A stretch of 64,000 nucleotides of DNA. Origin: Candidatus Latescibacterota bacterium (GTDB lineage Bacteria; Latescibacterota; UBA2968; GCA-2709665). The stretch lies in assembly GCA_965116875.1 (NCBI GenBank), contig OZ220733.1, forward strand, positions 608,001 through 672,000, in the 5' to 3' direction. The stretch's first letter is position 1. Each line of letters starts with the position of its first letter. Both the position numbers and the translations under genes were made by a program. Shown piece by piece: positions 56,671 to 64,000 of the stretch. The notes beneath the pieces were generated by a model that saw only the letters and a list, made by a program, of their open reading frames with translations, was not told the DNA's origin and made no database searches.

Positions 56671-58461
56671 TCAAGGGGACTGATTCTCATGCTGGTTTTC
56701 GGATTCCCGCCGGCGTTTATCGCCCTTCCGGTCGACCGGGGTCGTGCGGTCGGTTCCACCAGATGCCTCCGCGTCAGCATCGGATTGCGCGATGACGTTC
56801 AGGAAATCGCCCTTGAGGCTCTTCGACGCGAGTTCCGCGAATTCGGTGAGCGGATAGCCGACCACGAGTTGCTGGTAATAGACCCTCGCGGAATCGGGGT
56901 TCTCCAGGCGGTTCGCATGGGTCCACGCGATGGTATACAGGGCTCTGGCCGCAAAGGGACTGTTCGGATGATCCGATGGTAACTGCCTGAGGATGTCCAG
57001 GTAGCCGGACGGGTTGACCCCACCGGCCATCAGCGTCTCGGCCTCGCGAAACCGCGCTTCCGCCCTCTCGTCGTCCTCGAGGGCCTGCGCCAGCCGCTGA
57101 CGTGCACTCACGGCGTAGTGGTTGACGGGGTACGTATCGATCAGTTTCCGGAACGTCTTCTCAGCCGCTTCCTGGTTCTTCAGACTGTCCGCGTAGATCA
57201 GGCCAATGGCATACAGGGCCTTCGGCGCCAGTTCCGTATCCAGGCTGTCCGCAATTTCGTATGCCCTGCGATACGTGGCGAGCGCGGAATCCGGTTCCGA
57301 GAAGTTGAACAGATACATTTCCGCCACGTTGAATAACGCCTTGAGGCCCTTTTTCTTTCCCTTGGCTGCCGCCTTTTGGTACCGCTCCAGCTTGCCCAGG
57401 TCCTTTTCACGGTCTCTGGCAGCCCTTCCTGGGTCGGAACCGGGTTTTTCCTTTCGGGCGCTGGCGAAAAGCTCTTTCGCCTTTTCCATGTCTCTTTGTG
57501 ACGTTTGCGCCACCATAGCCAACCGGTAGTAGGCTTCGGCGCTGTATTCGGTCTTCGGGTTGCGCTCGATGACTTCATTGTAGATCTCAGCGGCGACTTC
57601 CTGGTTACCCATGAGCTGGTACACATTTGCCTGTTTGAGATGGACTTCGGGCTCATACGATCTCAGGCTCTTGATCTTCAATATGCGGTTGTACGTTGCC
57701 AGCACTTCGTCCAGTTTTCCCTGACGTTCGAGAATGCTGCCGATCTGGAGGCGGGTCTCGAAATTGATCTTGTTCTTCGGTTTCGACTTCAATACGCGGC
57801 GATAGGCCAGCAGGGCGTCATCATACTGTTCCAGGTGAAACCTGGCATTGCCGATGCCTTGCCATATTTTCGTGGCGAGGCCCCTGGGCCTGGTCTCCAG
57901 AAGCTTCTGATACGCATCGATGGCGGCGGCGTAGTCGCCGGCTTCGGCTTCCAGTTCGGCCAGCGCGAGCCGGGCCTTCCCGGTAAACTGCGGATCGGCG
58001 CTCTCGCCGACGCCGGCCAGTACCGGGCGCGCTTCTTCGGCCCTTCCGGCCGCCCAGAGCGACAACCCCTTCCAGTAGCGGGCTTCGGTGAGCAGCAGGC
58101 TTTCCGGGAAATTGTCCTGCAGTTCCTGGAACTTCAGCAAAGCGTCGCCGTAGCTGCCGCGCCTGTAGAAGGCCTTGCCGATCAGCAGCAGGCTGTCGTC
58201 CACCCACTTGCTGTCGGGATGCCGGTCGAGGACGATGGAAGCTTTGAGTATGGCCCGCATATAGAGTTCGCGGTACCGCAACGTCATCTGTCGGCTCCGA
58301 TGGATTGTGGCGGATACGTTCTCGGCTTCCTCTCTCTTGCGTTCCGCATCCAGGTACTGCTTTTTGGCGTTGTAGAACGTGTTGTAATAGACACATCCGG
58401 AAGCCAGGATACCGGCAAGCAGGATGACGCAGGGCAGCAGGATCTTCCGGTTTGAATTCAT
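56671..58461 (-). CDS. TPR-repeat lipoprotein
   Basis: Lipobox LASGC, YYNTFYNAK, HPDSKWVDDSLLLIGKA and many TPRs. Confidence 0.85.
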   Translation of the reverse strand: MNSNRKILLPCVILLAGILASGCVYYNTFYNAKKQYLDAERKREEAENVSATIHRSRQMTLRYRELYMRAILKASIVLDRHPDSKWVDDSLLLIGKAFYRRGSYGDALLKFQELQDNFPESLLLTEARYWKGLSLWAAGRAEEARPVLAGVGESADPQFTGKARLALAELEAEAGDYAAAIDAYQKLLETRPRGLATKIWQGIGNARFHLEQYDDALLAYRRVLKSKPKNKINFETRLQIGSILERQGKLDEVLATYNRILKIKSLRSYEPEVHLKQANVYQLMGNQEVAAEIYNEVIERNPKTEYSAEAYYRLAMVAQTSQRDMEKAKELFASARKEKPGSDPGRAARDREKDLGKLERYQKAAAKGKKKGLKALFNVAEMYLFNFSEPDSALATYRRAYEIADSLDTELAPKALYAIGLIYADSLKNQEAAEKTFRKLIDTYPVNHYAVSARQRLAQALEDDERAEARFREAETLMAGGVNPSGYLDILRQLPSDHPNSPFAARALYTIAWTHANRLENPDSARVYYQQLVVGYPLTEFAELASKSLKGDFLNVIAQSDADAEASGGTDRTTPVDRKGDKRRRESENQHENQSP

Positions 58462-60290
58462 GCGTTGTCTCGCCCCTCCTTCCCGTGGAATTCCTGGAGT
58501 GAACGAATTCGGACCGCGCCGTTTCTCTTGAGGGATTCGATGCCGGCCACCGCAGCAGATGCCCCCGCCAGCGTGGTCGTGTACGGGATGCCGTATTGAA
58601 GCGTGGCCTGGCGAATTCTGTGATCGTCGGCTTGCGCGGCCTCACCGGCCGGCGTGTTTACCATCAGGACGATCGTCCTGTTCTTAATGGCGTCCAGAAT
58701 ATTGGGACGGCCCTGCTGGATTTTGAGAATGGACTCGGCGAGAATATCGTGAGCCTTGAGCCGGGCGTGGGTGCCGCGGGTCGCGACAATCCGGAATCCA
58801 AGCTCCGACAGCCGCCGGGCGATGGGTATCACAGCCTCTTTGTCCCGGTCATTGACAGAGATAAACACGGCGCCGGAAGTGGGCAGCCGCACGCCTGCGC
58901 CGAACTGCGCCTTGTGGAAGCTCAGGCCGAAGTCCGTGTCGATACCCATCACCTCGCCCGTGGACTTCATCTCGGGACCCAGCAGCGTATCCACGCCGGG
59001 AAACTTGGCGAAGGGCAATACAGCTTCCTTGACGGCGATGTGATCGAAGGAGATTTCTCCGGTCAGCCCCTGTTCCTTCAGGGACCGGCCCACCATCGCG
59101 CGCGCCGCCACTTTGGCCAGGGGGACGCCGATCGTTTTTGAAACAAAGGGTACCGTCCGGCTGGCGCGCGGATTGACCTCGATAATGTAGACCTGATTGT
59201 CCTGCAGGGCGAACTGTACGTTCATCAGCCCCACAACGTTCAAAGCGTCGGCCAGCGCGTGTGTATGGGAACGGAGTTCATCGAGGCGTTCCCCTGAAAT
59301 GTCGTAGGGCGGCAGCACGCAGGCGCTGTCGCCCGAATGCACGCCGGCGCTTTCTATGTGCTGCATGATGCCGCCGATCACGACCGAAGTATCGTCCGCC
59401 ACGGCGTCCACGTCAAACTCATGGGCGTCTTCGAGAAAACGGTCGATGAGGATGGGATGCTCCGGCGATGCCTGGATCGCCTTTTCCATATAGCTGAGAA
59501 GCGCATTGCGTTCGTAAACGATGACCATGGCCCGCCCGCCGAGGACGTAAGAGGGCCGGACAAGCACCGGATAGCCGATGTCGTCCGCCACGGCGACGGC
59601 CTCGTCAACGCTGGTGGCCGTTCCGTTTTCGGGCTGGGAAATGCCGAGTTGCCTGATAAGCGCACCGAATCGCTTGCGGTCTTCGGCCAGATCGATGCTG
59701 TCGGGAGACGTGCCGACAATGTTGACGCCGCCCCGCTCCAGGTCGCGAGCGAGGTTCAGCGGCGTCTGTCCCCCGAGCTGTACGATGACCCCGTCGGGTT
59801 CTTCCAGATGCGCGATGTTCAGTACGTCTTCGGCCGTGAGCGGCTCGAAGTAGAGTTTGTCGGATGTGTCGTAATCGGTGCTTACGGTTTCGGGGTTCGA
59901 GTTGACCATTATTGTCTCATAGCCGTCTTCCTTCAGCGCGAACGCCGCGTGTACACAGCAGTAGTCGAACTCGATGCCCTGCCCGATGCGGTTCGGGCCG
60001 CCGCCCAGGATCATGATTTTGGGCCGCTCCGAGCGGACGGCCTCGTTTTCGTCTTCGTAAGTCGAATAGTGGTACGGCGTATATGCTTCGAACTCGGCGG
60101 CGCATGTGTCGATGGTTTTATATACCGCCTGGATATTCAGTTCTCTACGGAGGGCCCTTACGGTCCATTCACTGGAGTTCCAGAGGTGGGCAAGCTGCCG
60201 GTCGCTGAAACCGAATTGTTTGGCCTTAATGAGATCCGTGCGGGCGATTCGGGCTCGCAGGTCTTCCAGGGTTCTCTGTTTCCGGTGCAT
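58458..60290 (-). CDS. carB: carbamoyl-phosphate synthase large chain, C-terminal part (second ATP-grasp + MGS)
   Basis: GFSDRQLA, DTCAAEFEA, GGGPNRIGQGIEFDYCC, EVNPRASRT and EMKSTGEVMG. In frame with the upstream part across one TAG. Confidence 0.92.
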   Translation of the reverse strand: MHRKQRTLEDLRARIARTDLIKAKQFGFSDRQLAHLWNSSEWTVRALRRELNIQAVYKTIDTCAAEFEAYTPYHYSTYEDENEAVRSERPKIMILGGGPNRIGQGIEFDYCCVHAAFALKEDGYETIMVNSNPETVSTDYDTSDKLYFEPLTAEDVLNIAHLEEPDGVIVQLGGQTPLNLARDLERGGVNIVGTSPDSIDLAEDRKRFGALIRQLGISQPENGTATSVDEAVAVADDIGYPVLVRPSYVLGGRAMVIVYERNALLSYMEKAIQASPEHPILIDRFLEDAHEFDVDAVADDTSVVIGGIMQHIESAGVHSGDSACVLPPYDISGERLDELRSHTHALADALNVVGLMNVQFALQDNQVYIIEVNPRASRTVPFVSKTIGVPLAKVAARAMVGRSLKEQGLTGEISFDHIAVKEAVLPFAKFPGVDTLLGPEMKSTGEVMGIDTDFGLSFHKAQFGAGVRLPTSGAVFISVNDRDKEAVIPIARRLSELGFRIVATRGTHARLKAHDILAESILKIQQGRPNILDAIKNRTIVLMVNTPAGEAAQADDHRIRQATLQYGIPYTTTLAGASAAVAGIESLKRNGAVRIRSLQEFHGKEGRDNA

Positions 60291-60311
60291 ACGGCTGTCA
60301 AACTCCGGGAA

Positions 60312-61760
60312 CTACGCGACGAGTCCCGCGAGTTCCTTTTCGAATTCGGTGATCTGCCGCAGGTTCTCGAGGAACCACGGGTCGATACCCGTCAGATCGT
60401 ACAGTTCGGATAGCGGCCAACCCGCCTCCAGTGCGGCCTTGAGATAGAAGAGTCTCTGGGAATTGGGTACTCGCAGCCTGTGCTCGATCACGGCACGGTC
60501 GAGTTCGGAGACTGCCAGGTCCTTCCCGTCGCCCCCGAATCCCGCGCGGCCGATTTCAAGGGACCGCAGGCCCTTCTGAAAGGCCTCTTTGAACGTCCGG
60601 CCGATGGCCATGGTTTCACCCACCGACTTCATCTGGGTGCCAAGGAGATCTTCCGTCTGGGGGAACTTTTCAAAGGTCCACCGTGGAATCTTGACCACGC
60701 AATAGTCGATGGTTGGCTCGAATGAGGCGGGCGTTTCACGGGTGATGTCGTTCCGGATTTCATCCAGGGTGTATCCCACTGCGAGCTTTGCGGCGATCTT
60801 CGCGATGGGGAACCCCGTGGCCTTCGAGGCCAGCGCGGAACTCCGGGACACCCGCGGGTTCATTTCGATGATGACGATACGTCCATCCTCCGGATTCAGC
60901 GCGAACTGAATATTGGACCCGCCCGTTTCCACGCCGATTTCCCGGATAACGGCGATGGATGCGTCCCGCATGGCCTGATACTCTCTGTCGGTCAGGGTCT
61001 GCGCCGGCGCTACCGTAATGGAGTCGCCGGTGTGGATTCCCATGGGATCGAAATTCTCTATGGAACAGATGATCACCACGTTGTCGTTCAGATCGCGCAT
61101 GACCTCCAACTCGAACTCTTTCCACCCGATGATGGACTCTTCGACCAGTATTTCCGTTGTGGGCGAGAGGTCCAGCCCCCGGACCGCGAGATGCTCGTAC
61201 TCTTCGGCGTTATAGGCCGTGCCCCCGCCGGTGCCTCCAAGCGTATAGGACGGACGAATAATGGCGGGATAGCCGATTTCGTCGACAATGTCGCGGGCTT
61301 CTTCCGGGCTGTGCGCAAATCTTCCTTTTGGAAATTCCACGCCGATACCGGCCATTGCGGCCTGGAAGCGTTCCCTGTTTTCGGCCTTCTCTATGGCTTC
61401 GGCATTCGCGCCGATCATCTCCACGTTGAATTCATCCAGAACGCCGCCGTTATAGAGCTCCATGGCAACGTTCAGTCCGGTCTGTCCGCCAAGCGTGGGA
61501 AGAAGCGCCTGTGGGCGCTCCCGTTCAATGATGGCCGCGCAAACCTCCGGCGCAACCGGTTCCACGTAGGTCCGGTCCGCCATTTCCGGATCCGTCATAA
61601 TCGTAGCCGGATTGCTGTTCAGCAAGACAACCGTATATCCCTCTTCCTTCAGGGCCTTGCATGCCTGCGCGCCGGAATAGTCGAACTCACAGGCCTGGCC
61701 GATCACGATCGGGCCGGACCCGATGAGCATGATCTTCTGAATGTCGTTGCGTCTGGGCAT
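60312..61760 (-). CDS. carB: carbamoyl-phosphate synthase large chain, N-terminal part
   Basis: [40 protein letters not shown] and QMKSVGE. Ends at TAG 60314-60312. Confidence 0.92.
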   Translation of the reverse strand: MPRRNDIQKIMLIGSGPIVIGQACEFDYSGAQACKALKEEGYTVVLLNSNPATIMTDPEMADRTYVEPVAPEVCAAIIERERPQALLPTLGGQTGLNVAMELYNGGVLDEFNVEMIGANAEAIEKAENRERFQAAMAGIGVEFPKGRFAHSPEEARDIVDEIGYPAIIRPSYTLGGTGGGTAYNAEEYEHLAVRGLDLSPTTEILVEESIIGWKEFELEVMRDLNDNVVIICSIENFDPMGIHTGDSITVAPAQTLTDREYQAMRDASIAVIREIGVETGGSNIQFALNPEDGRIVIIEMNPRVSRSSALASKATGFPIAKIAAKLAVGYTLDEIRNDITRETPASFEPTIDYCVVKIPRWTFEKFPQTEDLLGTQMKSVGETMAIGRTFKEAFQKGLRSLEIGRAGFGGDGKDLAVSELDRAVIEHRLRVPNSQRLFYLKAALEAGWPLSELYDLTGIDPWFLENLRQITEFEKELAGLVA

Positions 61761-61897
61761 CGTTGCAGGAAAGGTCTCCGTCTATGATCCGGATACAGGC
61801 GACGGTGGTTCATCAGCTTCTTAGAAAAAAGCCTGCGGCTGTCCTTGAAAAAGGCGGATGCTCGCAGGCGGTGTGGAACCGTATGGCAAACTGCGTC

Positions 61898-62425
61898 TCA
61901 GACATTTTGCAGCAGAACCAGGTAGACCAGCAGGAGGATGAGGAGCAGTGTGACGGCGAAGCACGTTTTCACGAAAAGATCCTTTGCCCTGTTCCGGTGC
62001 GCGTTGTCGCCGATAGGCAGCGCAGGCGCGGACGGTTCCGGTATCGACCCCGAAAACCGCTCCTGTTCGATGAGCTGTTCAAGTTTCGGATCGCACTCCC
62101 GGATGACCCTGAGAATGAGGCGCTTGTTTCGGGCCGCCCGCTCTGCGTATCGCCCCTTCAGAGACGAGCGTGCGCCCGCGTCCGGGATAAGAAGATTCGC
62201 GTCGTCACTCGATCCGGACGCGTCTTCAACCAGGCTCAGCGCCCGGGCCCTGGCGAGTTGTTCGGTGAGTCTGCGGGTTTGTTTCCTGTCGTGTACGTTT
62301 TCGCGGATAACCCTGCCGCAGATGCGCACGAAGCGTTCCATGTCTGCTCTGATTTCACCTTCGGTAAGACCGGAGAGATAGGACTCCTCGATCATCTCGT
62401 CGATGCTTTCGCGGATATCCGGCAT
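61898..62425 (-). CDS. hypothetical protein with C-terminal TM anchor
   Basis: Co-oriented ORF between nnr and carB; helical body and hydrophobic tail FAVTLLLILLLVYLVLL. Confidence 0.6.
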   Translation of the reverse strand: MPDIRESIDEMIEESYLSGLTEGEIRADMERFVRICGRVIRENVHDRKQTRRLTEQLARARALSLVEDASGSSDDANLLIPDAGARSSLKGRYAERAARNKRLILRVIRECDPKLEQLIEQERFSGSIPEPSAPALPIGDNAHRNRAKDLFVKTCFAVTLLLILLLVYLVLLQNV

Positions 62426-62437
62426 TGGATCTGGTTC

Positions 62438-64000
62438 TCAGTTTAACGTAGGAAACTGAATATATCGTCCTCTGTCCGCGCCTGTTTCAATGACGCGCAG
62501 GGCCCCCGGCAACGCCGCCGCGACGTCACCGGCGATCAGTCCGGCCTCACCCAGGCGTTCGGCGCACAGGTCCCCGGCCAGCCCGTGCAGGTAGACACCA
62601 AGACAGGCTGCAGATTCGGGGTCCAGGCCCTGGCCGATCAGTGCCGCGAGAATTCCGGTGAGTACGTCTCCGGATCCGCCCGAGGCCATGCCGGCATTCC
62701 CGCTGGGATTGATGTACGTGCGGCCGCCGGGCACGGCCACGACGGTTGGGGCGCCCTTGAGGACGACGATGACGCCGGCCTCGCCTGCCAGTGTCTGCGC
62801 CGAGCCGACGGGATCCGAACATACGTCCTCGCTGCCGATTCCGGTAAGACGCGCGAATTCCCCGGGGTGGGGCGTCACAACGGTCGGCGCCTTCCGCGTC
62901 TTCAGGTTTTCCGGCGCTCCCGCAAACGCGTTGATGCCGTCGGCATCCAGAATGAGCGGCGCCCGGATTTCGGGAACGATCCGCCGGACCAGTTCGACGG
63001 TTTCCCGGTGCGTGCCCAGCCCGGGTCCCATCGCGACGCAGTCTGCCGCCGCGACCAGTCTCTGAACGTCGCCACGGGCGCGAAGGGCGAGGCAGCGGTG
63101 TTTCCGGACCTCGGGAAGCGGATGCGTCATCGCTTCCGTGACCTTGACTTCAAGGATATCGTTCAGGCTCTCCGGCACGCCGACCCGGACCAGACCGGCG
63201 CCGGATCTGAGCGCCCCCTGCGCCGATAGCGCCGCGGCGCCCGTGAAACCCGCTGAACCTGCGAGGATGACCACCCGGCCGCAATCGCCCTTGTGGGCGT
63301 CCGGCGGACGTCGCGGCAGCAGCGACGCGCCTCCGTGCGCTGCGATGAGATGAACGTTGACCTTTTCGGCGGCGACGGCAGCGGGGGGCAGTCCGATGTC
63401 GGCGCAATAAAGGCTGCCGCAAAACGACCGGCCCGGAAAGCGAAACTGCCCGATCTTGGGGATTCCGAAGGTAACCGTGCGCGTTGCAACGGTACAGATC
63501 CCATCCGCACGGCCGGTGTCGACATCCAGCCCGGACGGAACGTCTACGGCCAGGACGGGACAGGCAGCGTCCCGAAGCGTTTCGATTGCGCCGGCGATCA
63601 GCCCTCGGGGTCCGCCCCGAATTCCGGTACCAAGGAGGGCGTCTACCGCAGCAGACGCATTGGAAAGCGCAGGCCGGATTCGTTCAAGATCTTGAAATTC
63701 AACGATTTCTTGAATTTCAAGGCCGTTCTTCCGGGCCTGACTCAGGTGGTGAAGGGCGTCACCCGTGACCTGGTCTTCCATTGCCAGCAGAAAGGCGGAA
63801 ACCGAAGCGCCGGCAGCCGCGGCGAGGTCCGCGATTACGAACCCGTCGCCGCCGTTGTTGCCCTTGCCGCACAGGACGACGATTTGTTTGCCCTGAAAGC
63901 CGCCGACGAGGTCGTCCAGTACCCGGGCGGCGGCGCGCCCCGCATTCTCCATCAGCCGGATGCCGGAAACCCCGCGTTCGACGGCGCCGCGGTCTATACG
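62438..64000 (-). CDS. nnr: bifunctional NAD(P)H-hydrate epimerase/dehydratase (5' partial)
   Basis: LMENAG, CGKGNNGGDG, DALLGTG, HKGDCG, TPHPGEF and SGGSGDVL. Frame is open to the window end. Confidence 0.95.
   Translation of the reverse strand, partial: RIDRGAVERGVSGIRLMENAGRAAARVLDDLVGGFQGKQIVVLCGKGNNGGDGFVIADLAAAAGASVSAFLLAMEDQVTGDALHHLSQARKNGLEIQEIVEFQDLERIRPALSNASAAVDALLGTGIRGGPRGLIAGAIETLRDAACPVLAVDVPSGLDVDTGRADGICTVATRTVTFGIPKIGQFRFPGRSFCGSLYCADIGLPPAAVAAEKVNVHLIAAHGGASLLPRRPPDAHKGDCGRVVILAGSAGFTGAAALSAQGALRSGAGLVRVGVPESLNDILEVKVTEAMTHPLPEVRKHRCLALRARGDVQRLVAAADCVAMGPGLGTHRETVELVRRIVPEIRAPLILDADGINAFAGAPENLKTRKAPTVVTPHPGEFARLTGIGSEDVCSDPVGSAQTLAGEAGVIVVLKGAPTVVAVPGGRTYINPSGNAGMASGGSGDVLTGILAALIGQGLDPESAACLGVYLHGLAGDLCAERLGEAGLIAGDVAAALPGALRVIETGADRGRYIQFPTLN

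Noticed and set aside
60312-60314. Genome-wide TAG reassignment
   Set aside because: TAG is the proper terminator of aceE, lpdA and both GWxTD genes in this window.
61761-61897. carA or a PyrR attenuator upstream of carB
   Set aside because: No ORF with CarA motifs and no PyrR-binding loop consensus was visible; carA is presumably elsewhere in the genome.

Overview
High-GC bacterial chromosomal window, probably FCB-group and Candidatus Latescibacterota-like. This is an inference from two GWxTD-type proteins, an EF-hand/dockerin-like plus YVTN beta-propeller protein and a FlgD-Ig/T9SS-A-like C-terminal sorting domain. Most of the window is housekeeping: a two-subunit pyruvate:ferredoxin oxidoreductase directly followed by aceE-aceF-lpdA, plus ino1, thiI, thiL, His6-type hisA, copA, an RND permease, arfB, an S1 protein, pyrK-pyrD, carB and nnr. 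The stand-out region is 30.6-40.3 kb, a large envelope-stress locus on the minus strand. It runs: sigma54 promoter with tandem enhancer palindromes -> pspA -> 2-TM/winged-helix-like protein -> PspB-like peptide -> Ser-less STAS -> second PspB-like paralog -> unannotated 58-aa membrane peptide -> ECF sigma -> NfeD -> flotillin -> soluble TPR histidine kinase -> PspF-like activator with a receiver domain and no PspA-contact Trp. This suggests a Psp system rewired to two-component control. Other notable items are a lipoprotein with about 31 9-aa PDG repeats resembling the centriolar CPAP/TCP10 G-box, carB broken by a single in-frame TAG, and several MITE-like elements, one nested inside another. 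No rRNA, tRNA, CRISPR array or intact transposase was seen. All calls come from reading the sequence by eye; no database searches were run.
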